From Octopus vulgaris (lineage: Eukaryota): 64,000 nucleotides of DNA. Made by a program: the position numbers and the translations under genes. The notes under the pieces were generated by a model. It was not told where the DNA came from. It worked only from the letters and a program-made list of their open reading frames with translations, and made no database searches. The stretch is taken from the NCBI GenBank assembly GCA_951406725.2, contig OX597824.1, positions 94,550,001 through 94,614,000 of the forward strand. The letters run 5' to 3'. Of this stretch, positions 13,421-25,617 are shown in pieces; the stretch's first letter is position 1, and each line of letters begins with the position of its first letter.

Positions 13421-16400
13421 TTAACATTCATTTTCCATGCTAGCATGGGTTGGACGGTTCGACTGGGGTCTGGGAAGCCAGGAGGCTGCACCAGGCTCCA
13501 GTCTGATCTGGCAGTGTTTCTACAGATGGATGCCCTTCGTAACGCCAACCACTCCGTGAGTGTAGTGGGTGCTTTTTACGTGCCACCGGCACAGGTGCCA
13601 GGGGAGGCTACCTTTGATAAATGTATTCTCAACTCCACTAGTTTGTTTGTGTATAGCTTAACAAAGCTATAACTGGTGACCCTGACGATAAAACAACAGC
13701 TCTCGCTATCGAAACAAACATGGTGGAAGACAAGACACAATCTCCACCGATACGTTGAAACCGGCCCATCTTGATATTGACAGCCCTGTTCAGGTAACCC
13801 AACCACCAAACATTGGCCACTCTGGGCAGATCACACCAACCCTTGACAAGGAACAGTACCAAAGAACTGAGTAACCACATACATGGGCATTATCATCATC
13901 ATCGTTTAACGTCCGCTTTCCATGCTAGAATGGGTTGGACAGTTCAACTGGGGTCTGGGAAGCCCAAAGGCTGCACCAGGCCAGTCAGATCTGGCAGTGT
14001 TTCTACAGCTGGATGCCCTTCCTAATGCCAACCACTCCGTGAGTGTAATAATAATTAAAATGCCTCCTTTGTTCCCATGACAGTCAGCAGTTCTGAGATG
14101 GGGGAGCTATGTAGGGCAGGATTCATGACAGATGAACTGTAGACAGGAACTTTGATGCGGGCTAGCTAGGGAGTTGGTCGGCAGCAAAATGGACTTCTGG
14201 AGAGAGAAAGGAAATAAAATAATGTTAGCAGTGAGCGTTAAAGGAATCTGAATTAACCAAACAGAAATAACTGATGACCTAAACCCTGGTACGTAAAGTA
14301 ATAAACCAGCATGGGTTGGATGTTAAACAATAATGATGATGATGATGATGCATGTGTGTGTGTGTCTGTGTGTCCATGTTTATTTATGACTGTTAGAGTG
14401 AGTGCCAGGGTTGATTTGTTCAATAAACTCCCCTTCGAGGTGGTGCTCCAGAATGGCTGCTGTCCAATGATTGAAACAAGTAAAAGATTAACATTACACG
14501 TTGTGCAGTGGAAACAATTGAAACAGCAGATCAAACTGGATTGAAAAAGATGAACAGGCAACCATTCAAACTGACAAGTCAAGACAAGTAGACACTGCAG
14601 TTGCAGCTTGTACAATGGACACCGTTCCTCAAAGACAGGCTGCAACAAAAAAGTGCTTCTGGCCGAAGCAACAACACACTGGCCAAACACTTGTTTGTTG
14701 ATTAAGTGTTTGCTTAAACTAACAAAAGGTGTTTCTTGGAAGATCTGGATAATAAAACGTTTCAATTAATGAAAACCTGTGGGTGCAAGTGACACGACTG
14801 GGAAGTTTGTTCTTGGTTGTCTCTTGACTCTCCTCGAAAATCTGACAGTTTAACACCTGTTTAGATTCTTGTTGGAGTGGGAAAGCTTGATATGTCACCT
14901 GGACTACAAACTGTATTATATCTGCAAAGGAAAAAGAAATAGTTTTGTCATTATCATCATCATCATCATCATCCTCATCTCAGAAATTATTCATAGATGA
15001 ATGTAGCACACAGTTCGTTAGTGATTGCATATATATCATCATCATCATCATCATCATCCGCTTTCCATGCTGGCATGGGTTGGATGGTTTGACTGAAGAC
15101 TGGCAAGCCAGGAGGCTGTATCAGGCTCCAATCTGATCTGGCAATGTTTCTACAGCTGGATTCCCTTCCAAACGCCAACCACTCCATGAGTGTCGCGGTT
15201 GCTTTTTACATGCCACCGGTACAGGTGCCAGTCAGGCGATACTGGCATCAACCATGCTTGAATGGTGCTTTTTACATGCCACTGGCACAGGAGCCAGTCA
15301 AGCGGCACTGTCATCAACCATGCTTGGATGGTGCTTTTTACATGCCACTGGCACAGGAGCCAGTCAAGCGGCACTGTCATCAACCATGCTTGGATGGTGC
15401 TTTTTACATGCCACTACCATCATCATTGTATTTTATGTCCTCTTCTCCATGCTGGCATGGGTTGGACAGGATTTTTTGCAAGTCTTTTTATGGTCCAATG
15501 AAGTTCCTGATATTGTTCCTTTCAGTGTAACCTCTTTAAACTTGCAAGAATAAGGCATGGATTCTAAAACCTGAGATACACACAATATCGACGACAATGA
15601 TGAAAATATATATATATATCGGAAAAATTAATTTTCTTCTTGGAACATGAAGATTAATATTCCAAATAATTGTTAATATGTGGGGGCACAATGGCCCAAT
15701 AGTTAGGGCAGCGGACTCTCGGTTGGAGGATCACAGTTTCGATTCCCAGATCGGGCGTTGTGTGTGTTTATTGAGCGAAAACACTTAAAGCTCCACGAGG
15801 CTCCGTCAGGGGTTCGTGGTGACCTCTGTTGTACTCTTTCGCCCCAACTTTCTCTCACTCTTTCTTCCTGTTTCTTGAGTAATGCTGCGATGGACTGGCG
15901 TCCCGTCCAGCTGGGGGGAAGGAACACATACACCACAGAAACCAGGAAACCGGGCCCATGAGCCTGGCTAGGCTTGAAAAGGGCGCATAAATAAAATAAA
16001 ATAATAAATTGTTAATATTGTCGTTATTGTGAACATTTTGTTTGACTTTTATTTAATGAAATTTTTGTCTTTGGCTTCCATTTCTTCTTCTTCTTCCTTT
16101 GCAGTACATAGTCACAGCATAGAGAAAATGGACGTGAAAGAGGTCGTTGCAAAAGCTGCCATTGCACATTCTTCAATACATGATGAACACTCACACAACA
16201 CACACACCGACTCTGGCGGCACAGAAAACCATGAGAATGTCCACAGTTTGATAGGAGTGGCACTGGTTGCCGGCTTCATCACAATGTTGCTTATTGACCA
16301 ACTGTTTGGCGGCTCTCATGCTCACTCTGCCGCAGGTAAGCGATTAGCATTTGGGGAAGCAACAGGTATGGCTGTTGTTTAGTGATGGTGAGGTGAGTGT

Positions 16401-19400
16401 GACGATGCTTGAGTGGAGTGTGACCATGTTTGAGTAAAATTGTAATGATATTTGAGTGGAGTGTGATTGTATTTGATTGAAATAGGATGATGTTTGAGTC
16501 GAGTGTGACCATATTTGAGTGGAGTTTGATGTTTGAGTGGAGTGTGACCATACTTGAGTGAAATGTGGTGATGTTTGAGTGGAGTGTGACCATATTTGAG
16601 TGAAATGTGATGTTTGAGTGGAGTGTGACCATATTTGAGTGAAATGTGATGATGTTTGAATGGAGTGTGACCATATTTGAGTGAAATGTGATGATGTTTG
16701 AGTGGAGTGCAATTATATTTCATTGAAATGTGATATTTGAGTGGCGTGCAACCATATTTGAGTGAAATGTGATGCTGTTTGAGTGGAGTGTAACCATATT
16801 TGAGTGAAATGTGATGCTGTTTGAGTGGAGTGTAACCATATTTGAGTGAAATGTGATGATTTTTGAGTGAAATGTGATGATGTTTGAGTGGAGTGTAACC
16901 ATATTTGAGTGAAATGTGATGATGTTTGAGTGGAGTGCAATTATATTTCATTGAAATGTGATGATATTTGAGTGGCGTGTAACCATATTTGAGTGAAATG
17001 TGATGCTGTTTGAGTGGAGTGTAACCATATTTGAGTGAAATGTGATGCTGTTTGAGTGGAGTGTAACCATATTTGAGTGAAATGTGATGATGTTTGAGTG
17101 GAGTGTGACCATATTTGAGTGAAATGTGATGATGTTTGAGTGGAGTGTGGTTATATTTGAGTAAAATGTGATGATGTTTGAGTGGAGCACATTTATATTT
17201 GAGTGAAATGTGATGTTTGAGTGGAGTGTGATTATATATGATTGAAATGTGATGTTTGAGTGGAGTGTGACCATATTTGAGTGAAATGTGATGATGTTTG
17301 AGTGGAGTGTACTTTGGTCATACTTGAGTAGTGTTGTTGGTGGTGGTAAGGAACAACTATCAATACAAAAGGGGAGGTTGGTGATGAGAGTATTGAGTCT
17401 AATGATAGCTGAGAGGGATTAGTGTATTGTTTCATTTTTTTCTCTACCATTTCTTTTTAACTAACGTCTTCTTTATGCTTCCACAGATCCTGAACACAAC
17501 CAAACAACTGTGCAGAACAGAAATAAATTCACAGCTACTCTAGGTTTAGTGATACACGCTGCTGGTAAGTCGGTTGTTGTTTATAAAGTTTCTGGCAAAG
17601 AACTGTAATTGCAGGTAGACGGAAAGCTGTAGAAGGGTAGAATGTGTGTTTGAAGTACAGATCACCTCTCTACCCATCCATGTCTCTCAAGATGAGCGCC
17701 TTGAGGAAAGCTGTAGAAGAGTAGAATGTGTGATTAAACACCTGTAATAGTTGTTACATAACTAATCAACTGTGAAGGTTAGGGTTAGGGTCTGTGTTTG
17801 TCCCCACCACCCTCACTCGACAACTGATGCTGGTGTGTTTACGTCGCCCCTGTAACTTAACATTTCGCCAAAAGAGACTGATAGAATAAGTACTAGGCTT
17901 ACAAAGAATAAATCCCGGGTCCGGGGTTGATTTGTTCGACTAAAGGTGGTGCTCCAGCATGGCCACAGTCAAATGACTGAATCAAATGAAAGAATAAAGC
18001 AACAGCCCAATATCTAAGCCTCCTCTCTACTCCAACTAATGAATATTCATCTCTGTGTAATTATGCTGGTATTGGTTTTAAGCCCCATTATAACTACAGC
18101 TGTGATGTAGTAAACAACTATATATTTATTATTGACTGTTCTCTCTTTGAATTTATGCCATTATTTGCAGGGTAACTGTGTTATCCCAAGATGTTCCATG
18201 TTTTAAGCTGGTGGCATTGTTTCCAGTGTAACTATTTTAACCCTTTCGTTACCATAAGTTTTGAAATAAAATCTTCCACCAAATCTTAATCACAATTTAT
18301 GTTCCTAACACTGGCTTAATGATAATTAAGTTATTTGACTCAATTCTTTGTTATATTTAAAATTAATTGAAAGAAACACAGAGCATCTCAACTGAAATAT
18401 GGTGACAAAAGGGTTAACAAATTATTAATTTAACCCTTTTAATACCAACCTGGCTGAAACAGGCTCTGGCTCTGAGTATAAATGTCTTATTTTCAAAAGT
18501 TTTGAATCAAGATCTTCCACCAAACCTTAGTCACAATTTATGTCCCTAACACTAGCTTAATGATAACTAAGTCATTTTACTAACTTCTTTGTTATATTTA
18601 AAATTAATTAAAAAAAACACAGAACATCTCAACAGAAATATGGTAACAAAAGGGTTAACAAATGATTAATTTAACCCTTTCGATACCAACCTGGCTGAAA
18701 CAGGCTCTGGCTCTGAGTACAAATGTCTTGTTTTCAGAAGTTCAGAATTAAAATCTTTTACCAAACCTTTGTCACAATTTATGTCCCTAACACTAGCTTA
18801 ATGATAACTAAGTTATTTTACTAAATTCTTTGTTATATTTAAAGTAATTGAAAGAAACACAGAGCATCTCAACAGAAATATAGTAACGAAAGGGTTAATT
18901 AATCTGGTGTTTGGGACATGAATTAATATGGAATTTTGAAGAACGGTTTTAATTCAGACCATTTCAAAACAGGAAGTTTGTATCTTAGGACCAAGGGCAG
19001 TCTCTAAGGCAGATTGGTCACAAATGGTTAACATTTGACTGAAAGCTTTTACTTCCTCAGCCAAACCCTGACCTGTATCTCTTGCTGTTCTATATTTTCA
19101 GCTGACGGCATTGCCCTGGGCGCTGCTGTCACAATGTCTGAGGACCATGTCACTTTGATCGTCTTTCTGGCTATCATGTTACACAAGGTAAGACACCTGT
19201 TGTTTCTTAATTACCACTAATAAAAAATTTTTTTTAACGAGATGTAACTCGTCAAACAACTGATTAGATCCATGTTGAGAAAGTAAAACAATTACAGCAT
19301 AAGTAGAGATTCCCATATCCACTTGTACCTTTTTTCATTTACTACAACTGCTGCTGCTACTACTTCTACTACTACTACTTCTACTACTACTACCACCACC

Positions 19401-19474
19401 ACCACTACTACTACTGCCACCACCACACTACTACTACTGCTACTACTACTGCCACCACTACTACTACTACTGCC

Positions 19475-19516
<42 letters not shown>

Positions 19517-22212
19517 GCTACTACTACTACTACTACTACTGCCACCACTACTACTACTACTACTGCCACCACCACACTACTACTACTGCTACTACTACTA
19601 CCACCACCACCACTACTACTACTACTTCTTCCTTCTCCTCCTCCTCCTCCTCCTCTACTGCTGTTACAACTTCTACTCTCACTCCCTTCCCCTATTGTCT
19701 CTGTTCTCTGTCCCTGCATTGGCAGCTTGTCTTCTTCAATGTCATTTAGACAATGCAGACAAAGGAAAATTAAAAAGTAAAAAGTAAAAAAAGCAGGTAT
19801 GTGAAATACAAACAAAAAAACAGAAAATAAAATATAAAAAAAGCAAAAAGTTAACCTGCCAGCTATGAGCTCCTGACATCAGCATTCATACTTGACCTAT
19901 ATGGGATGAAAACAAATTATATTTATAACCCTGGACCATAAATATATACATGTAGACATACATACAGTCATTCACACACACACACATACATACATACATA
20001 TATTTCTTTACTACCCACAAGGGGCTAAACATAGAGGGGACAAACAAGGACAGACAAAGGGATTGAGTCGATTACATCGACCCCAGTGCGTAACTGGTAC
20101 TTAATTTATCGACCCCGAAAGGATGAAAGGCAAAGTCGACCTCGACGGAATTTGAACTCAGAACGTAGCGGCAGACGAAATACCTATTTCTTTACTACCC
20201 ACAAGGGGCTAAACATAAAGGGGACAAACAAGGACAGACAAAGGGATTGAGTCGATTACATCGACCCCAGTGCGTAACTGGTACTTAATTTATCGACCCC
20301 GAAAGGATGAAAGGCAAAGTCGACCTCGACGGAATTTGAACTCAGAACGTAGCGGCAGACGAAATACCTATTTCTTTACTACCCACAAGGGGCTAAACAT
20401 AAAGGGGACAAACAAGGACAGACAAAGGGATTGAGTCGATTACATCGACCCCAGTGCGTAACTGGTACTTAATTTATCGACCCCGAAAGGATGAAAGGCA
20501 AAGTCGACCTCGACGGAATTTGAACTCAGAACGTAACGACAGACGAAATACGGCTACGCATTTCGCCCGGCGCGCTAACGTTTCTGCCAGCTCGCCGCCT
20601 TTACATACATACATACATACATGACTGTGTCTAGATATGCAGCTATTTGCATGAGAATACATACATAAAACAAAGCATGCAAATCTGCACATATAAATAC
20701 ATGATGATGGCTGTCCCCTCGTTATCGAGTATGGCCATTGCATGAAGCTTAACTGTTACTGGTGCTGTGATCGAATGTGACTTTTTAGCCCAGCCAAAGA
20801 TCTACAATGTCTTGTGCAGAATTGGCAACTAAAACCTTTACCGGTAATAGCCGGCTGTAGTTGTAACTGGGCTTCATGTACCTTTACATGTCGTTTAAGT
20901 CCTCCTGCCGAATTACACTCTCTTCCACATGCCCGACAGATATGATTAGTACGGTGTGTTACACCACCACCAGTGGCCAGGTGTCACTCATCTGTCTCGC
21001 TTTATGACTACGAAGATGACTCTTGAGTCCAGCTTTACTGAGGCAGGGTCTTGCACTAACACTGCATGTCAGCATCATAGGAAGACCCTTCCCATCTGGA
21101 AGTGTAACAGCGATGCCCTTCCTCACATCCCTCCTTACTTTCTCAATATACATACATACATACACACCCACCCACCCTGTTGATGTTGGAATTCCAATGA
21201 AGGAACCTTGAATCTTGGTTGGAAACCGGTTCTTTCTCTATTGGCAAGAAATCTTGAAATAAAACTGAATAAGGACATGCAATAACGTATGTACGTACGT
21301 ACAATGCATATGTGTGTACGTACTTGCATATATACCATTAATCAAACAAACAAACAAGAGAAAATGGGAGCATGGATATTGAGTTGGAATTCCTTTATTT
21401 CATTTGTTGGGCCTGGTGCAGCCTTCTGGTTTCCCAGACCCAGTTGAACCGTCCAACCCATGCTAGCATGGAAAACAGACGTTAAACGATGTTGATGATG
21501 ATGATGACATACGTTTCAGTATTCTGCAACATGTAACAGTTGGAATAAAGGGGTACCAACTCAGTGACTATGGTCCTCTTCTCTTATTATTGTTGTGCGT
21601 ATTGGATTATGTCATAGCCCCACTTTGGCTGTGGAGGACTCAGTGTACATGTGACAGTGGGGTTTTAATGTGATTAACATTAGACAGGGCATGGGGGCTC
21701 CGAAAGGGGTCTCAGGGAGTAGCATCCAAGTTGACTTTGCCTTTCATCTGTCCGACCCGTGCAAGTACAGGAAAAAATGGACTTTAAATGACGACGACGA
21801 TGATGATGATGATATATTCTTTTCTTTATTTCTACCAGGCACCAGCCTCATTTGGTTTAGTATCATTCCTCATGCTTGAAGGTTTGGAGAGAGCTCGAAT
21901 CAAAAGACATTTGCTTGCCTTTTCTGTCTCGGCGCCGCTGTTATCGATTCTCACATATTTGGGATTGAGCCAAGTAAGTTCTTCCTCATACTCTTTTACT
22001 CTTTTACTTGTTTCAGTCATTTGACTGTGGCCATGCTGGAGCACTGCCTTTAATCGAGCAACTCGACCCCGTGATTTATTCTTTGTAAGCCCAGTACATA
22101 TTCTATCAGTCTCTTTTTGCCGAACCGCTAAGTAACGGGGACGTAAACACCCCAGCATCAGTTGTCAAACGATGTTAGGGGAACAAACACAGACACACAA
22201 ACACACACACAC

Positions 22213-22270
<58 letters not shown>

Positions 22271-22993
22271 GACGGGCTTCTTTCAGTTTCCGTCTACCAA
22301 ATTCACTCACAAGGCTTTGGTCGGCCTGAGGCTATAGCAGAAGACACTTGCCCAAGATGCCATGCAGTGGGACTGAACCCGGAACTGTGTGGTTGGTAAG
22401 TAAGCTACTTACCACACAGCCACTGGGTTTTTGGTGTTTTATTGTGTGTATGCATGTAGGGGGGCGGGCTTCATCAATTGAGGGCAGGGTCAATGCCCAT
22501 AACTCTTTTCAAGGGGATCTACAACACTGATAGAAAGAAATTCCCTGAAAACCAGAGATCTGACCTGAGTGCTTATGCCAGCATAGATTCTGCCAATGAC
22601 ATCCAATGTCCAAATTCTGGTGTTAAACCAGAAACAGGTCACATCCAAAATTCCAACCAAAATTTACTCCGTTTTATAAACTGATTCATTTTTCCTAATA
22701 TTTTCTGCCTCAGGCCACCATTAATTTCCTTGGATTTTACAGTTTCATTCAGGCAGGGAGGCCAGTTTTGGATTAATGTCTATTTATTTATTTAGTTATT
22801 TATTATTAGTTGAGGTGCAGGCATGGCTGTGTGATTAAGAAGACTGCTTCTCTAATGCAAGGTTTGCAGATCAGTCCCACATCTCAGCATCTTGGGCGTC
22901 TGTCTTCTTCTGTCACCCTGGGAGGACTAAAGTCCTGTGACTGTATTTGGTAGACAGAAACTGAAATAAGCCCTATATATATATATATGTGTA

Positions 22994-23056
<63 letters not shown>

Positions 23057-23208
23057 TTAGATATATATCAGTTACAATCAAGGGTAAAATTTATATAAGA
23101 TTTTATCAAGTAGCTAGCATGTAAAAACCAATTTCAGTAAAAAATTAATACAAAGTAATTAATTTTAGAACTATAATTATAAAATTATAAAATTGCTCTT
23201 ATTATAAT

Positions 23209-23260
<52 letters not shown>

Positions 23261-24244
23261 GTATGTATATATATATATTATATATATATACAAAATTGAG
23301 AGGATTGATCACTAAAAGTGGACAGCCTGTATACTAGAAATAGATGTCAAAATCGTCATTTTCCATGGAGAATGTGTTCTCAAGAAAAAATTCAGCAAAA
23401 AACCAAAGTTTAAAAATAAGCAAAACAAATGAAAATATACGAAATAAAAAACGATTACCTATGTACTAATTAGTTTCACTTGTTAATAATTTACGTATAT
23501 AAATACATAAACATCTGCAAGATCATCAGCATAGTCTGTCGTTTATGAAATACAATTTCTAGAACTAGATACAGGACGCTCGACCGAAATCCAGCATTGC
23601 ATAGAGTTCCACAAATTATATTTATGTGTATCTTTCAAATGCCTTCACTTTGGCGCGCTGAGATCGGAAATTACTCTGCAGTTAATAAACTACAGTAGTC
23701 AATTTACCGGTTAGAGAACATTTTTTTTATTTAAAATTAAATAAGGGTAGAAATCGATATTAATCAATTAAAACCAGTGGTCTAGTATATTTTAAAAAAT
23801 CTGAAGATTAGAAATGTTGCCCATTTCTCCTCACATAGTAGATCAATAGTAATTTCAAATCAGATGCTAGGCATGAAATCAATTCAATGAATGTTACCTG
23901 CTCTCATAACGAATCTGTTGTGACTTTGAACAGCTAATATAAAGAAACCTTGTTGTTTTCTTTCTTTATTTCATTTCTTTTCATTTCTTTTCTTTTTCTA
24001 GCAAAATAAAGAAACCCTGTCCGATCTTCATGCAACTGGACTTGCCCTTCTATTCAGTGCCGGAACTTTCCTGTATGTGGCCACGGTACACGTCTTGCCT
24101 GAAGTGGCCAACACTCCAGCGCAAACCACACACGATGGCGTGACCATCATTCGAGAACAGAAAGGTTTTAACAAGAAGGAACTTTTTACATTTGTGCTAG
24201 GGTCAGCCATTCCTGTAATGTTGGCTCTTGGCCACAAGCATTGA
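11334..24244 (+). CDS. SLC39A9: Zinc transporter ZIP9-like, spliced, 5'-partial: join(11334-11445,16105-16335,17487-17564,19102-19187,21839-21973,24002-24244)
   Basis: Six AG/GT-bounded exons join in frame (phases 0-1-1-1-0-0). They give [94 protein letters not shown] and C-terminal GHKH*, all recognisable ZIP9 motifs. The first exon (TM1) was not located. Confidence 0.96.
11528..11769. mobile_element. piggyBac-type MITE
   Basis: TTAA|CCCTTTAGC ... GCTAAAGGG|TTAA. Confidence 0.85.
11803..12672 (+). mobile_element. tRNA-derived SINE family D, interrupted at a TTAA site by piggyBac-type MITEs (12066-12287, 12344-12565)
   Basis: Its 3' part matches the uninterrupted related copy at 55938-56310(-) on both sides of GAACTA..TTAA|GGGTACAC; the MITEs have TTAA-CCCTTT ends. 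Confidence 0.8.
15682..16006 (+). mobile_element. tRNA-derived SINE with V-domain-like segment
   Basis: tRNA-like head, CTGCGATGGACTGGCGTCCCGTCCAG (resembles the V-SINE domain), A-rich tail, 12-bp TSD AATTGTTAATAT (15668-15679 / 16007-16018). Confidence 0.75.
16105..16335 (+). CDS. SLC39A9: ZIP9 coding exon 3 (His-rich loop plus TM3)
   Basis: ctttgcag acceptor, G|gtaag donor; 231 bp; [28 protein letters not shown]. Confidence 0.93.
16390..17312. repeat. Minisatellite, 42-bp unit built of two ~21-bp TTTGAGTG subunits
   Basis: CCATATTTGAGTGAAATGTGATGATGTTTGAGTGGAGTGTGA repeated about 20 times, filling ZIP9 intron 3. Confidence 0.95.
17487..17564 (+). CDS. SLC39A9: ZIP9 coding exon 4 ([26 protein letters not shown])
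   Basis: ttccacag acceptor, G|gtaag donor; 78 bp; too short for the ORF track, read directly. Confidence 0.94.
18241..18894. mobile_element. Three tandem piggyBac-type MITEs (18241-18413, 18434-18654, 18675-18894)
   Basis: Each is TTAA|CCCTTT...AAAGGG|TTAA; same family as 12066-12287. Confidence 0.88.
19102..19187 (+). CDS. SLC39A9: ZIP9 coding exon 5 ([29 protein letters not shown])
   Basis: ttttcag acceptor, AAG|gtaag donor; 86 bp, phase 1 to 0. Confidence 0.95.
19340..19660. repeat. (CTA)n/(CCA)n/(CTC)n trinucleotide array
   Basis: Read directly. Confidence 0.95.
20001..20600 (-). mobile_element. SINE family A concatemer: one head plus three 184-bp units
   Basis: Unit boundaries at 20001, 20185 and 20369; units nearly identical. 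Confidence 0.92.
20701..21145 (-). mobile_element. RTE-like LINE 3' fragment with three C2H2-type fingers, frameshifted
   Basis: [21 protein letters not shown] / [21 protein letters not shown] / [23 protein letters not shown], then a short 3' UTR ending in CATCATCAT. Confidence 0.7.
21839..21973 (+). CDS. SLC39A9: ZIP9 coding exon 6 ([45 protein letters not shown])
   Basis: tctaccag acceptor, CAA|gtaag donor; 135 bp. Confidence 0.95.
21990..22423 (-). mobile_element. SINE family B copy starting ~16 nt after the exon 6 donor
   Basis: Matches 3453-3805. Further copies at ~28010-28362(+), 29989-30330(+), 44876-45274(-), 53461-53852(-), 62230-62592(-). Confidence 0.88.
23459..23534 (-). ncRNA. 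Type I hammerhead ribozyme motif, antisense in the last ZIP9 intron
   Basis: Minus strand reads CUAUG-CUGAUGA-U-CUUG..CAAG-U-GAAA-CUAAUUAG-UA-CAUAG. Perfect 5-bp stem I, palindromic stem III, GUA triplet, U-U at the base of stem II. Confidence 0.75.
24002..24244 (+). CDS. SLC39A9: ZIP9 terminal coding exon ([35 protein letters not shown]...ALGHKH*)
   Basis: Long polypyrimidine tract plus tag acceptor at 24001; TGA at 24242-24244; followed by an AT-rich, transposon-free 3' UTR-like stretch. Confidence 0.95.
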   Translation, partial: QNKETLSDLHATGLALLFSAGTFLYVATVHVLPEVANTPAQTTHDGVTIIREQKGFNKKELFTFVLGSAIPVMLALGHKH

Positions 24245-24778
24245 GAGATATATTTGTGTATGTCTTTAGAGAAAAATTTGAAAATTAAAAAAAAAAATTG
24301 GAAAAAAGAACTTGAAAAAAAAACATTGCTTTTTTATTGTTTTGTTTATATTTTGTTTTTGTTTTTTTTTTTACATTTCTAGATTTTGGGCATGGTACCA
24401 AAAATTCTAGGTATTTCAATTATCATCTTTAGATAACATTTTAAAGCTAAAAAACCAAAAAACTTATTCAATTTTCACATTTTTTTTTTATTTTTATCTG
24501 TGCTTGAACTTTTTATCATCTCTGATTTCTTTTCCTTCAGAGGATAGAAAATGTCAGAATTAATTAGAAAAGATCAAATGCAGTCATTTTTATTTATTTT
24601 TTTTATTCATCTGTTTGTTTATTTTTAATTTTAAGCATTTACATTAATTAAACTTTTTTTTTTAAAAACTCATTTAAAAACTTTAGGAGAAAGTTATCTC
24701 CCTTAGAATACGTTAAAACATTTTTGCTTCATTTCTCAAATTTTCAATTTGGGAAGAAAAAAACTCTAATTAAAGCAA

Positions 24779-24784
24779 AATAAA
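24779..24784 (+). terminator. Candidate polyadenylation signal for ZIP9
   Basis: AATAAA about 535 nt after the stop, in the UTR-like segment; usage unverified. Confidence 0.35.
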
Positions 24785-25218
24785 CTAACAAAAACTCTTG
24801 ATAAATCCAGATTTATACCATAATATAACATATACATACATATATAGATACAGACGAGTGTGCTGTACTATGAAATGTTCTTTTGAAATTTCTCTTCACT
24901 AAAATCAATGGTTTATTGCATTATAAAAGACAACTTTTTGTTTAATTCTCTGCTGTTGTGGTTTTTAAATGGACGAGTTTATTTGACAGATCAGATTGTC
25001 GAATCTATTGATTGATTCAACGATTGTCTTGTGAATGATATGCTGAGCTTATTGGTTGGTGCAAGCGTGGCTGTGTGGGGAGAAGTTTGCTTCCCAACCA
25101 CAGAGTCCCAGGTTCAATCCCATCTCATAGAAGCTTGGGTGTCTTCTGTAACCTCAGGCCAACGAAAACTTTGTGAGCAGATCTGGTAGATGGAAACTGA
25201 ATGAAGCCTCTGATATAT

Positions 25219-25453
25219 ATTTCTTTACTACCCAGAAGGGGTTAAACACAGAGGGGACAAACAAGGACAGACAAACGGATTTAGTCGATTACATCGACCC
25301 CAGTGCGTAACTGGTACTTAATATATCGACCCCCAAAAGGATGAAAGGCAAAGTCGACCTCGGCGGAATTTGAACTCAGAACGTAACAGCAGACGAAATA
25401 CGGCTACGCATTTCGCCCAGCATGCTAACGTTTCTGCCAGCTCGCCGCCTTAT
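25219..25453 (-). mobile_element. Full-length SINE family A monomer with 15-bp TSD
   Basis: TSD AAGCCTCTGATATAT at 25204-25218 and 25454-25468. Confidence 0.92.
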
Positions 25454-25617
25454 AAGCCTCTGATATATGTGTGTGTGTGTTTGCGTGTGTGTGAGAGAGA
25501 GAGAGATAGTTGTTGTCTCCCTGTCTTGACATCATTTGATTGCTGTAAACAAGTGTCACTCTCATGCAAGCAGTGTCCTTTGTTCCCAATCCTTCCATGA
25601 AAACAGCAGATTTAGTA

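Noticed and set aside
13680-13720. CTGACGA...CGAAAC motif
   Set aside because: No adequate stem II, stem III or stem I pairing.
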